Source of the DNA: an uncultured bacterium
GTDB lineage: Bacteria; Desulfobacterota_D; UBA1144; Nemesobacterales; UBA2774
DNA: 64,000 bases
Assembly: GCA_963705505.1 (NCBI GenBank)
Contig: CAVPJU010000001.1
Coordinates: 128,001-192,000, forward strand
Reading direction: 5' to 3'
The notes beneath the pieces were generated by a model. It ran no database searches and was not told where the DNA came from. It saw only the letters and a list, made by a program, of their open reading frames with translations. Shown here in pieces: positions 50,265-61,042 of this stretch; the first letter of the stretch is position 1; each line of letters begins with the position of its first letter. The position numbers and the translations under genes are program-made.

Positions 50265-52778
50265 GTGCAGAGGGATCTCCTTACAGTCCACGTAAAAAAC
50301 AGCATCAGGATCAGCATAGAAGAGGCCTCGGGAAACGAGGTCTTTTTCGTAGGCTCCTTTACGGAGGGGAGCGTCATCGATGACGTGCGGGTCGTCTCGC
50401 GCGGGAACGGATATTCCGTCCCGGCGGTGATCGATTCCGCATTGCCGGGGGAAGTCGTCATTCACAACCACCCTTCGGGGAACCTCACCCCTTCCGATCA
50501 GGATATACAGATCGCTTCCGTATTCGGCAATCAGGGAATCGGCTTTTACATAGTGGACAATAGCGCCTCCCGCGTATACGTGGTCGTCGAGCCGTTCTCT
50601 GAGAAAGAATTAGAGCCCCTCGACATGGAGAAAACGAAGGAATTCCTTCTCCCTGACGGCGGCGTTTCGGAATTGATGGGTGATAAATACGAGCTCCGGG
50701 ACGAACAGCTTCAAATGCTCGAAGCCGTCGCCGGGGCATTTAATGACAACCTGATTTCGCTCATAGAAGCCGGGACGGGTACGGGTAAGACGCTTTCTTA
50801 TCTGATACCGGCCGCCGCGTGGTCCATTCAGAACGGCGAGAGGGTCGTCATTTCGACTAATACGATCAATCTCCAGGAGCAGCTCATAGACAAAGATATA
50901 CCGCTCGTGCATAAGGCATTTAACGGGGAATTCAATTATTCCCTCGTCAAGGGTATGGGCAATTACCTCTGCCTGCTGCGCACTGAGACCGTACAGGACG
51001 GCCTCTTCGAGATCGCCGACGAGGACGAAGTGGGCACGATCTCGAATATTCTCGAATGGGCCAAGGTCACGGTGGACGGGTCATTATCCGACCTCAGCTT
51101 CAGTCCGCCCGACGACGTGTGGGACAAGGTCTCGGCAGAGAGCGACAGCTGCCTCAGGGCGAGGTGCCCTTATTACTCACGCTGTTTTTTTTATAAGTCC
51201 CGGAGGGAGATCGCTTCCTCGCAGCTGCTCGTCGTAAACCATCACCTACTATTTTCCGACCTCTCCATAAAGGGGGCGTCGGAAAAGAGCGACGCGGGCA
51301 TTCTTCCCCCGTTCAAAAGAATAATTTTCGATGAGGCGCACCATATAGTGGACGCCGCCACGTCCCACTTCGGAATGAGGGCTACGAAGTTCGGGATTAT
51401 CAGGATACTCCGGCGTATGAAAAGGAGGGGAAAAGGTGGAGAATCGAAGGGGCTCATCTATTATGCCGCGTCCCTCGCGACCAAGCTCGTGAGGATCGTC
51501 AGGAAAGGGATAGTCAACGATGTGCTCAGGAGAGTGGAGCAGAACCTTTCTCCCAGGATCGACGCCGCGGAAGAATATGCCGCCGACGCGTTCGATGCCT
51601 TATATTACTTTTCGCTCTCCCTGATGCAGGAAAAGGAGCCCGAAAGCCAGGAGGTGAGCCTCAGGATAACGGAGGGAGCATTTGCATACGAAGGGTGGGA
51701 GCAGATAGACAAGAAGTTCTCGATACTGAGGATAAGGCTTAAAGAGCTGCATGAGGAGATTAAGTCATTCACTGATTTCTTGCTCGATTACGAGACGGAG
51801 AGCGATTTCGCAAAGCTCATAGTCGAGTTCAGGGGGGTGGCCAATAAGCTCGATTATTATTCGGACGTGATCGCGACGTTCCTGAGCCGGGAAGACGATG
51901 GTTTCGTGAGGTGGGTGGAAGGGAGGATGGGCAGGGGTGCCGTCGTGTCGGGGCTCGGGCTTTCCCCGCTCGATATCTCCCAGCCGCTCAGAGAGAGGCT
52001 CTATTCGAGGTGCGACACGGTCGTAATGACTTCAGCGACGATGGCCGTAAGGAGGAGCTTCGAATTTATCAAGTCGGGGCTCGGTCTCATGGATGATGTC
52101 AGGGTAACCGAGCTGATACTCCCCTCGCCGTTTAATTACGAGGAACAGCTTCTCCTTGCCATACCGACGGATATGCCCGAGCCGGGTACGAGGGAGTACT
52201 CGGCGAATATCGCTCCTCTCATACTGGAGGCTGTAAGGGTGTCTCAGGGGAATGCCCTTATTCTATTCACCTCGTACTCGCTCCTCGAAAACGTGTACAG
52301 GAAAGTTTACGAAGAGCTCGAATCGTCAGGCATCCTCACGCTCAAGCAGGGCGCTCTCCCGAGGGGGAGGCTCCTCGATAAATTCAGGGTCGAGGACGGG
52401 TCTGTCCTTTTTGCCACAGATAGCTTCTGGGAGGGCGTGGACGTGCCAGGCAACGCGCTCAGGCTAGTCGTGATTTCGAGGCTCCCGTTCAGGGTACCCA
52501 CGGAGCCGATTATAGAAGCCCGCGTCGAGCATATGGAGAGCATGGGCCTGAATTCGTTCACCGAATACAGCGTCCCCGTTGCGGTGCTTAAATTCAAGCA
52601 GGGGTTCGGGAGGCTCATCAGGACCCGCAGCGACAAGGGGGTCGTGCTCGTGCTGGATAAGAGGATAATCAGCAAATTCTACGGGAGATACTTCCTCGAT
52701 TCCCTTCCCGAGTGCGGTCAGCTAATAGATAGTTCTCAAGAGGTGATATCCGGGCTTGAAAAGTTTTTTGCGGGATAG
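50265..52778 (+). CDS. DinG/YoaA-family Fe-S helicase with N-terminal JAB/RadC-like domain
   Basis: IHNHPSGNLTPSDQD; EAGTGTGKT; Cys cluster; DEAH; FWEGVD; QGFGRLIR. Confidence 0.9.
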   Translation: MQRDLLTVHVKNSIRISIEEASGNEVFFVGSFTEGSVIDDVRVVSRGNGYSVPAVIDSALPGEVVIHNHPSGNLTPSDQDIQIASVFGNQGIGFYIVDNSASRVYVVVEPFSEKELEPLDMEKTKEFLLPDGGVSELMGDKYELRDEQLQMLEAVAGAFNDNLISLIEAGTGTGKTLSYLIPAAAWSIQNGERVVISTNTINLQEQLIDKDIPLVHKAFNGEFNYSLVKGMGNYLCLLRTETVQDGLFEIADEDEVGTISNILEWAKVTVDGSLSDLSFSPPDDVWDKVSAESDSCLRARCPYYSRCFFYKSRREIASSQLLVVNHHLLFSDLSIKGASEKSDAGILPPFKRIIFDEAHHIVDAATSHFGMRATKFGIIRILRRMKRRGKGGESKGLIYYAASLATKLVRIVRKGIVNDVLRRVEQNLSPRIDAAEEYAADAFDALYYFSLSLMQEKEPESQEVSLRITEGAFAYEGWEQIDKKFSILRIRLKELHEEIKSFTDFLLDYETESDFAKLIVEFRGVANKLDYYSDVIATFLSREDDGFVRWVEGRMGRGAVVSGLGLSPLDISQPLRERLYSRCDTVVMTSATMAVRRSFEFIKSGLGLMDDVRVTELILPSPFNYEEQLLLAIPTDMPEPGTREYSANIAPLILEAVRVSQGNALILFTSYSLLENVYRKVYEELESSGILTLKQGALPRGRLLDKFRVEDGSVLFATDSFWEGVDVPGNALRLVVISRLPFRVPTEPIIEARVEHMESMGLNSFTEYSVPVAVLKFKQGFGRLIRTRSDKGVVLVLDKRIISKFYGRYFLDSLPECGQLIDSSQEVISGLEKFFAG

Positions 52779-52843
52779 ATAACGAAAGTTACCTCTTTTC
52801 ATCAAGTCCGTTGAGATTAGACCGTGAGCTTACTGCGTTTTGA

Positions 52844-52987
52844 TTATATCTGAGTCGAGGTTTTCCCTTCGGGGACGTCTACCGAACCCGAGCACTTCAT
52901 AACCCCAGGCACGACAAAGACGACAGCGAGACTTATGAATATAAGGGAAATTCTAAGGGTTTTCTTTATTCTTTTTGACAATTTCAT
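52844..52987 (-). CDS. Small membrane/secreted peptide (47 aa), not in the ORF track
   Basis: GGAGGAGG RBS; MKLSKRIKKTLRISLIFISLAVVFVVPGVMKCSGSVDVPEGKTSTQI. Confidence 0.6.
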   Translation of the reverse strand: MKLSKRIKKTLRISLIFISLAVVFVVPGVMKCSGSVDVPEGKTSTQI

Positions 52988-53027
52988 TTTCACAATCCTC
53001 CTCCGAATTGACGTTTAACACATTGCT

Positions 53028-53195
53028 TTACTTCCTATCGACCACCGAACTGCTTGCGCTGACGCCGCTGGCATTACCGGCTTTGGTTCCCACCTCTCCC
53101 TGACACTGACATCCGTAAACGAACAACAATGCCAGAAGACATATTAACGGAAGGATCGACTTCCGATTCTTTTTGAGCGTTTTTACGATTTTCAT
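53028..53195 (-). CDS. Small lipoprotein (55 aa), not in the ORF track
   Basis: MKIVKTLKKNRKSILPLICLLALLFVYGCQCQGEVGTKAGNASGVSASSSVVDRK; lipobox VYGC. Confidence 0.6.
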   Translation of the reverse strand: MKIVKTLKKNRKSILPLICLLALLFVYGCQCQGEVGTKAGNASGVSASSSVVDRK

Positions 53196-53331
53196 TTGTC
53201 CATCCCTACCTTGTTATAATTAATCTGTTTGTAAATAATACTCATTAATGCAGATTCTAATATTATCACAGCAACACTATGAGTGCAATCAATAAATTAA
53301 CCGCATACGATCCGGGAAAATTACCGGATAT

Positions 53332-54106
53332 TTATGCGTTAAGAGCCTTTACAATCTTTCTCACGAGGAACCGGGGAGTGAATCTCAATAGAAAAGGTAT
53401 GATTTTCTGTTTAAATCCGGGGAGCACGATGACCTTCCCCTTCCTGAACCCCTCGTAGCCGGCTTTCACGACAGGGCTCTGCGTCCATGAGGCTGAGCTT
53501 GAATAAAAGCGAGTCGTCGAGCTCCGATTTCGATCCGAACTCCGTTCTCACGGGGCCCGGAGCGAGGCACGTGATTTTTATGTCCGGGTTGTTAATTTCT
53601 TCCGAAAGCGCCTCCGTAAACGATAGGACGTACGCTTTTGTGGCGTAATAGACGGCGAGGTTGGGTCCGGGCTGGAACCCCGCGAGGGAGCCGACGTTGA
53701 GTATCCCGCCGCGTCCCCTTTCGATGATGCCCGGCAGAAAAAGTCTCGTTAAATGGGTGAGCGCAACTACGTTCACCTGAATCATGTCGATCTGCGTGTC
53801 CGCGTCGATCTCGGCTACGGCACCGCGCGTGCCGAAGCCCGCGTTATTTACCACCACGTCGATTTGTATATTTTCTTTCTGAAGCGTATCGAATATTTCT
53901 TTCGGGGCATTCTTTTCCGACAGGTCCTTGGGCAGAATGAAGACATCCACGCCGAATTCGGATTTAAGCTCGTCCGCCAGCGCTCTGAGCCTGTCTTCCC
54001 TCCGGGCGACAAGCACGAGGTTAGAATCGTCTGCAGCAAAGAGCCTCGCAAGCTCAAGGCCGATCCCCGAAGACGCCCCTGTTATAAGCACTGTCTCGTC
54101 TGCCAT
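53332..54106 (-). CDS. SDR oxidoreductase, +1 frameshift near 53475
   Basis: TGASSGIG, NNAG, YYATK; removing one base gives the normal C-terminus EPVVKAGYEGF...VKALNA*. Confidence 0.88.
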
Positions 54107-54246
54107 TTTCACACCCCTTTTATTTAGTAGCGTATTATTGTTTTACACTTGCTCATTTGCCGTGTCAATCTGCAATTGGTCGGTGTGAACGGATATTTCC
54201 TGCGGTCGACGGGATGTCGATTCATGCCTGCTTAAACTCCCGGCGA

Positions 54247-54933
54247 TTATTTAATCTTCTTCAAGTAACCGATCCCCAGATTATCCATCTGCCCCATTAT
54301 CCAGCCTTGCCTCTCACGTACGTAGCTCGAGGGTTTTGCAGGGGACATCTGTCTCGGATTGGGCAGTACGGCGGCTATGAGAGCGGATTCCTCTTTATTG
54401 AGGTTCTTGGCGGATTTCCCGAAATAAATCTCCCCCGCCTTCCCCACTCCGTATATCCCCTTGCCGGTCTCGATAACGTTTAAATACACCTCCAGTATCC
54501 TCTTCTTACTCCAGGTCTTTTCGATAAGGAATGTGAAATATGCCTCCGCCCCCTTTCTCATCCAGGTCCTCGAGGGCCAGAGGAACAGGTTCTTCGCAGT
54601 CTGCTGGCTTATCGTGCTCGCTCCCCTGAGCCTGTTCCCGCTTATCTTTTCGTCTATCGCGTCTTTTATCGACTCTACGTCGAACCCGTCGTGTACGGGG
54701 AACTTCTGGTCTTCTGCGGCGATTACGGCAAGCTTCATGTAATTCGAGATGTCCTTATAATCGCTCCACTCCTTTTTTATGGTTTTCGCTTCCCCGAAAT
54801 ATCCGATAACCATGAGGGGTGTCAGAGGCGGATTTACATACCTGTAGAGCAGCACCCAGCCGACCGTTACGATAAATATGAATAAGACTGTCTTCAGAAA
54901 GAATTTAAATATGCCGCGGAATAATTTTTTCAT
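54247..54933 (-). CDS. mtgA: Monofunctional peptidoglycan transglycosylase
   Basis: AAEDQKF, RGASTISQQTAKNLFLW, RKGAE, KKRILEVYLN. Confidence 0.93.
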   Translation of the reverse strand: MKKLFRGIFKFFLKTVLFIFIVTVGWVLLYRYVNPPLTPLMVIGYFGEAKTIKKEWSDYKDISNYMKLAVIAAEDQKFPVHDGFDVESIKDAIDEKISGNRLRGASTISQQTAKNLFLWPSRTWMRKGAEAYFTFLIEKTWSKKRILEVYLNVIETGKGIYGVGKAGEIYFGKSAKNLNKEESALIAAVLPNPRQMSPAKPSSYVRERQGWIMGQMDNLGIGYLKKIK

Positions 54934-55040
54934 TTCTGGGTAGAGAGCAGTACCCGAATGGTACTTACCCCGTTAATCCGTTTTTTTACGTAATATCGTT
55001 CACTTAACGTACCTAATGGTTAATTCACGCCGCAAATCGA

Positions 55041-55069
55041 TTGACTCTTAGCGTCCTCTCATATAACCT
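55041..55069 (+). promoter_or_regulatory. Putative sigma70 promoter of gyrA
   Basis: TTGACT-17 nt-TAACCT upstream of the AGGAGG RBS. Confidence 0.45.
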
Positions 55070-55110
55070 TAATAGCCAATATTTATAGATATTTAGGAGG
55101 CACGAATTAA

Positions 55111-57544
55111 ATGACAATGCCGTCTCAAATACTGCCTGTCAACATCGAAGACGAGATGAAGGAGTCTTATCTCAGTTATTCGATGAGTGTAATCATCGGG
55201 CGCGCTCTCCCGGACGTAAGGGATGGCCTAAAGCCCGTGCACAGGCGGATCCTCTACGGGATGGAGGAGGCCGGGAATCAGTGGAACAGGCCGTATAAGA
55301 AATCGGCGAGGATAGTCGGAGACGTGATGGGTAAATACCACCCCCACGGCGACGCCGCTATCTACGACGCGCTCGTCAGGATGGCGCAGGATTTCTCGAT
55401 GCGCTATACACTCGTCGACGGTCAGGGTAATTTCGGCTCGATCGACGGCGACCCGCCTGCGGCGATGAGGTACACGGAGGTCAGGCTCGACAGGATAGCG
55501 AGTGAGATGCTCGCCGATCTTGAAAAAGAGACCGTGGATTTCGTACCCAATTATGACGGCGGCGAGAAGGAGCCGCTCGTGCTCCCGGCGAAGATACCGA
55601 ACCTGCTCTTAAACGGCTCATCGGGTATCGCCGTCGGGATGTCGACCAACATCCCCCCTCATAACCTGAGCGAGCTTATAGACGCTATAATCGCGCAGGC
55701 CGGGAATTCCGATATTACGCTCGATGAGCTGATGAAACACCTTCCGGGGCCCGATTTCCCGACGGGCGGATTCATTACGGGCAGGAGCCCGATAAGGGAG
55801 GCTTACGAGACTGGCAGGGGAATTATAAAGATAAGGGCAAAGGCCAGAATTGAGAGGCAGAAGAAGGGGGATAAGGAAATCATAATCGTGAGCGAGATAC
55901 CTTACCAGGTCAACAAGGTAAAGCTCATAGAGCGCATAGCCGAGCTCGTTAAGGACGAAAAGATAAAAGGCATTTCCGATATCAGAGACGAGTCCGACAG
56001 AGAGGGGATAAGAATAGTCATAGACATAAAACGCGGCGACAACGCCGACGTCGTACTGAACCAGCTCTACAAGCACACGCAGATGGACACCTCCTTCGGG
56101 ATTATAATGCTCGCCCTCGTCAGGAATCAGCCGCGTGTCCTTTCGCTCAAGGAAACAATAAGCCACTTCATAGAGCACAGGAAAGAGGTCGTAACCAGGC
56201 GCACGCAGTATGAATTGGGGAAGGCCGAAGAGAGACTGCACATACTGGAAGGTCTCAAGATAGCGCTCGATCATCTGGACGAGGTCATCGCGCTCATTCG
56301 TAAGTCCTCAAGCCCTCCGGAAGCAAAAGACGGGTTGATGCTCAAGCTCGGACTCTCCGAGCAGCAGGCCCAGGCAATACTCGACATGAGGCTCCAGCGC
56401 CTGACCGCACTCGAGAGGGACAAGATAATCGAGGAAAGAAAGGAGCTCATTAACACGGTAAAGCGTTTGAAGGAGATACTCGAGCAGGAGCACCTCATAC
56501 TCGGCATAGTCACCGACGAGCTGAAAGAGATAAAAGAGAAGTACGGGGACGAGAGGAGGACGGAGATACTCGAGAGCTCGGAGGAAATATCCATAGAGGA
56601 CCTCATTGCCGATGAGGACATGGTCGTCACTACGACTCACGACGGTTATATAAAGACGACCCCGTTGAGCATCTACAGGAGTCAGAGGAGGGGCGGCAAG
56701 GGCAGGACCGGGATCACGACGAAAGAGCTCGACTTCGTTGAGACCCTCTTCATAGCGTCTAAGCACAACTACGTTTTATTTTTTACCAACCTCGGCAGGT
56801 GTTACTGGATAAAGGTCCACGAGATACCCGAAGCCGGTCCCACTGCAAGAGGGAAAGCGCTCGTCAACCTCCTGAGTCTCTCCGAAGGGGAAAAAGTCGC
56901 GGCGGTGCTCCCCGTGAGGGAATTCAAGGAAAGCCAGTATATCATCATGGCCACGAAAAACGGGATCGTGAAGAAAACGAAGCTGATGGCCTATTCCAAC
57001 CCCCGCGTGGGCGGGATCATAGCGCTTAATATCAGAGAGGACGACGAGCTTATTACAGGCCAGGCTTACGAGCGGCAGCGATGAGATACTCCTCACGTCT
57101 TATTTCGGCCAGGCCATAAGGTTCGAGGAAGACGATGTGAGGGATATGGGGAGGACGGCTACGGGCGTCATAGGCATCAGGCTCGACGAAGGCGATCAGG
57201 TCGTAAGCCTTGAAGTGATAGAGAACCCCGAGGCGCAGGTCCTTACCGTGACCGAAATGGGTTACGGGAAGAGGACGCTCGTCTCTGAATACAGGGTTAC
57301 GGGGCGCGGAGGGAAGGGTGTGATCACCATTAAGACCACCGGCAGGAACGGCAGGGTCGTGGGCGCATTTCAGGTTACGAACGATACACAGATCATGATA
57401 ATTACGACGCACGGCGGGAAGGTAATAAGGATGAACGCGTCCGAGATAAGCATATTCGGTCGAGGGACTCAGGGTGTGAGGCTTATCGGACTCGAGCCCG
57501 ATGAAAAAGTGGCCGCCGTGGCAAAAGTAGTGGAAAGGGATTAG
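55111..57544 (+). CDS. gyrA: DNA gyrase subunit A, +1 frameshift near 57058 (probable assembly error)
   Basis: [13 protein letters not shown], GyrA box QRRGGKG; removing one G joins DDELIT to [12 protein letters not shown]...[11 protein letters not shown]. Confidence 0.95.
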
Positions 57545-57590
57545 TGTTGAGGCAGGGTTTGTTTTTTCTGATTCTTGACGAAGCCCTCGG

Positions 57591-58082
57591 ATGATCCGCG
57601 AGATTGAGAATATATTCCTAGATTTCCCTGGGTACGGCTGCTTCGCCTGCGACCCCCGCAATAACCACGGACTCCGTCTGAAATTCTTTGCCGATGATGA
57701 GAAGGGCGATGTCTTCACACGGATTGCGCCCGAAAAGCACCTTCAGGGGTTTCCCGGGATACTGCACGGCGGCATACAGTGCGCGCTCGTCGATGAGGTC
57801 GCGTTCTGGACCATGTTCGATAAGATAAAAAAAATCGCTTTGACCGCAAAAATCGATATGGAGTTTCTGAGACCCGTCGGCATTTCATCCGAGCTGGAGG
57901 TGAGGGGAAGAATAGCGGAAGAGGACGGGCGCAGAGTCGCCGTCGATGTGGTTATTTATGAACAAAACAAGGTTTGCACCAGGAGCAGGGTAGATTATAT
58001 TATCCCCAAGAGGGATGTTACCTTGAGAGTAATGGGGAAAGAAAGGTTCACAGAAAAATTTAAAAAATATCTGGATGACTGA
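57591..58082 (+). CDS. PaaI-family thioesterase
   Basis: CFACDPRNNHGLRL, GILHGGIQCALVDE. Confidence 0.88.
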   Translation: MIREIENIFLDFPGYGCFACDPRNNHGLRLKFFADDEKGDVFTRIAPEKHLQGFPGILHGGIQCALVDEVAFWTMFDKIKKIALTAKIDMEFLRPVGISSELEVRGRIAEEDGRRVAVDVVIYEQNKVCTRSRVDYIIPKRDVTLRVMGKERFTEKFKKYLDD

Positions 58083-58084
58083 TT

Positions 58085-58690
58085 ATGCTTAAACTTTATG
58101 ATCATCCGCTTTCCGGGAACTGCTATAAAGTGAGGCTGGCCTTAAGCCATCTCGGGGTCGAATACGAGAGGGAGTACCTCGATATTTTCAAGGGCGAACA
58201 GCATACGCGCGACTATCAGTCCGTAAACCCGAATAAGAAGATTCCGGTGCTTATAGACGGCGGCTTTCATATGTGGGAGTCGAATGCCATACTACTTTAC
58301 CTCGGCAAAAAATTCTCCCCGAACCGCCTTTATCCCGAGGACCTCGAGAGTTTCGGCGCCATGGCACAGTGGCTCTTTTTCGGGAAGACTTCCGTAGATC
58401 CGAACCTCGCGGTCGCCAGGTATTTTACGAAATTCGTGAGCGCTGCTGACAGGGACGAGAAGAGGCTCCACGAGCTCCGCACACAGGGGAGCTCCGTGCT
58501 TAAGATTCTCGATAACCATCTGGAGCATAGGGATTTTCTTGCCGGGACTTATTCCATGGCCGATATCGCGTGTTACCCGTATATAAACCTGGCTCCGGAA
58601 GGTGGAATCGACCTCTCACCCTACCCGAGCGTTATATTATGGTGCGACCGCGTAAGGTCTCAGCCGGGGTATATTTCCATGGAAGAATGA
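58085..58690 (+). CDS. Glutathione S-transferase family protein
   Basis: SGNCYKV, NPNKKIPVL, WESNAIL, SMADIA. Confidence 0.9.
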   Translation: MLKLYDHPLSGNCYKVRLALSHLGVEYEREYLDIFKGEQHTRDYQSVNPNKKIPVLIDGGFHMWESNAILLYLGKKFSPNRLYPEDLESFGAMAQWLFFGKTSVDPNLAVARYFTKFVSAADRDEKRLHELRTQGSSVLKILDNHLEHRDFLAGTYSMADIACYPYINLAPEGGIDLSPYPSVILWCDRVRSQPGYISMEE

Positions 58691-58695
58691 ACGGG

Positions 58696-58772
58696 TGGAG
58701 CGGGAAACGGGATTCGAACCCGCGACCTTCTCCTTGGCAAGGAGACGCTCTAGCCAGCTGAGCTATTCCCGC
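58696..58772 (-). tRNA. tRNA-Gly(GCC)
   Basis: GCGGGAATAGCTCAGCTGGCTAGAGCGTCTCCTTGCCAAGGAGAAGGTCGCGGGTTCGAATCCCGTTTCCCGCTCCA. Confidence 0.97.
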
Positions 58773-58867
58773 TTTGTAGAAGAACTAAGATAGCTAGGAG
58801 CCGGCTCGTTGTCAAGAATTAAGCTTAATGCGGGCTCAATGAAAAAAATCAATTTTGTCGGGATCAC

Positions 58868-60010
58868 ATGAAAAAATCTGACAGAAAGTCGATTATCTCC
58901 AAGGTTAAAAGGGTAATCATAAAGATCGGGAGCAGCGTGCTTACGGATAAAAAGGGTAACTTGTCCGAGAGGGTCTTCGACTTTCTTGCGGGCGAGATTT
59001 TCAAGATCAAGTCCAGGAATATCGAGGTCATAGTCGTTTCTTCGGGCGCGATAGCGTCCGGGATGAGAAAGCTCCATCTTAGCAGGAAGCCGACCGAGAT
59101 ATCGATGAAGCAGGCGATTGCGGCTTGCGGTCAGAGCACCCTCATCTGGCATTACGAGAGGGCATTTTCGTCCTTCGGGCTTATCGTTGCGCAGATACTT
59201 ATCACACACGACGGGCTTGCAGACAGGAAGAGGTTCTTGAACGCCCGTAAGACCATTACTACACTTCTCGAAATGGGGATAATCCCCGTCATAAACGAGA
59301 ACGATACCGTGGCTGTGGAAGAAATAATGCTCGGCGACAACGACAACCTCGCAGCGCTCGTTACCTCGCTCGTCGAAGCGGACCTGCTCATTCTGCTAAC
59401 CGATACCGAGGGTCTGTATAACAAGGACCCCAGAAAGAACCATGACGCGGAATTCATATCGCTCATCGACCAGATAGGGGAGGAGATCGAGTCCGTCGCG
59501 GGCGATACTCTCGGAAGGACGACGACGGGCGGGATGAAAACGAAGATACAGGCTGCCCGTACCGCGGCTGCATTCGGGGTGCCGACTATAATCGCGAACG
59601 GGAAGGCCGAGGCGACGCTTTCCGACATATTCGAGGGCAGGGATGTCGGGACAATATTCCTCCCATCGAAGAAAAGCCTCCGCGGGAGGAAGCACTGGAT
59701 CGCGTTCACGCTTAAATCGGCGGGGGTGCTGGTTATAGACGGCGGAGCGGAGAAGGCCATCACTACCCGGGGCAAGAGCCTCCTCCCTTCGGGCATAAAG
59801 GGCGTGCGGGGAAAATTCGAGGTAGGGGACTCGGTGACCTGTGTGGACGAGAACGGTGTCGAGGTCGCAAGGGGGCTCACGTCATACAACTCGGAGGACA
59901 TTCTCCGGATAATGGGCAGGAGCACGAAGGAAGTGGAGGGCATCCTCGGGTACAAATACAGCGACGAGGTAATTCATCGGGACGACCTGGCCGTCATCGA
60001 AAAGCGTTAA
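58868..60010 (+). CDS. proB: Glutamate 5-kinase
   Basis: IKIGSS, VSSGA, INEND, GDNDNL, TGGMKTK, PUA domain. Confidence 0.95.
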   Translation: MKKSDRKSIISKVKRVIIKIGSSVLTDKKGNLSERVFDFLAGEIFKIKSRNIEVIVVSSGAIASGMRKLHLSRKPTEISMKQAIAACGQSTLIWHYERAFSSFGLIVAQILITHDGLADRKRFLNARKTITTLLEMGIIPVINENDTVAVEEIMLGDNDNLAALVTSLVEADLLILLTDTEGLYNKDPRKNHDAEFISLIDQIGEEIESVAGDTLGRTTTGGMKTKIQAARTAAAFGVPTIIANGKAEATLSDIFEGRDVGTIFLPSKKSLRGRKHWIAFTLKSAGVLVIDGGAEKAITTRGKSLLPSGIKGVRGKFEVGDSVTCVDENGVEVARGLTSYNSEDILRIMGRSTKEVEGILGYKYSDEVIHRDDLAVIEKR

Positions 60011-60033
60011 TCTGAAGGGTTTGAAGTCTTAAA

Positions 60034-61035
60034 ATGGGTTCCGGGAAATTAAAGATTATCTCTCTTGCAGTCCTCATTGCTCTCATTCTCAGCGCATCGG
60101 CTTTGTTCGGCGTTTATTACTATATCAACAATATACCTTCGGTTTCCGAGGATAAGGTCCTTGATATACCGAAGGGTAAAGGCGTCAGAAGCATATCCAC
60201 GCTCCTAGAGGATGAGGGAGCAATCAAGAACCGCAGCCTTTTTGTAATATATGTGATAGGCAAGGGCTGGCAGAACAGGCTGAAAGCCGGAGAGTATGAG
60301 TTTAAAAAGGGCAATACCATGGCCGACATTGCGCTCAAGCTTTCCAGGGGAGACGTGGTCATACACAGGGTCACTGTTCCCGAGGGGCTTACCCTGAGGG
60401 AGATCGCGGAGCTGCTAGGCAAGAGCGGAGTGCTCGACGGCGGGGAGTTCATGGCTGCGGCCGGGAACCCGAAACTCCTGGAAGGCCTGCCCGGACGTCA
60501 TATCACGGGTGTCGAAGGTTATCTTTTCCCGGACACTTACAGCTACACCAAAGGGGTCACCCCCGAGGAATTTATTCAAATGATGGTGGAGAGGTTTAAT
60601 AAGGTTTACAGGTCTCTGGGCGGATTAAAAAACAGGGTGAACCTTACCGATAACGAGATACTAACTCTCGCCTCGATGATCGAGAAGGAAACCGGCACCG
60701 CTTCCGAGAGGCCGCTCATCTCCGCTGTCTTCCATAACCGTTTGAAGCTCGGAATGAGGCTTGAGAGCGATCCGACGGTTATCTACGGCATGGGGGAGGA
60801 CTTCGACGGGAACCTTACGAAAGAGGATTTGAGTACGATGACACAATACAACACATATCTCGTAGCCGGATTGCCTCCCGGTCCGATTTGCAATCCGGGG
60901 AAGGAATCGATAATCGCCGCATTGGACCCCGCCCCCGTTGACTATCTTTACTTCGTTTCGAGGGGCGACGGCACCCACTACTTTTCAACGAATTACAAAG
61001 ACCACCAGAGAGCCGTATCCGAGTATCAGAGGTGA
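60034..61035 (+). CDS. mltG: Endolytic transglycosylase MltG
   Basis: VPEGL, EGYLFPDTY, LASMIEKE, NRLKLGMRLESDPT, YNTY..GLPPGPI. Confidence 0.93.
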   Translation: MGSGKLKIISLAVLIALILSASALFGVYYYINNIPSVSEDKVLDIPKGKGVRSISTLLEDEGAIKNRSLFVIYVIGKGWQNRLKAGEYEFKKGNTMADIALKLSRGDVVIHRVTVPEGLTLREIAELLGKSGVLDGGEFMAAAGNPKLLEGLPGRHITGVEGYLFPDTYSYTKGVTPEEFIQMMVERFNKVYRSLGGLKNRVNLTDNEILTLASMIEKETGTASERPLISAVFHNRLKLGMRLESDPTVIYGMGEDFDGNLTKEDLSTMTQYNTYLVAGLPPGPICNPGKESIIAALDPAPVDYLYFVSRGDGTHYFSTNYKDHQRAVSEYQR

Positions 61036-61042
61036 AAAACGG

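Noticed and set aside
57040..57140. Split gyrA as a programmed frameshift or pseudogene
   Set aside because: Essential gene, no slippery motif, and removing one G restores a normal C-terminal domain; most likely a sequencing error.
59152..59955. Long antisense ORFs (for example opposite proB, gyrA and the mutase)
   Set aside because: Shadow frames of well-supported genes with no recognisable motifs.
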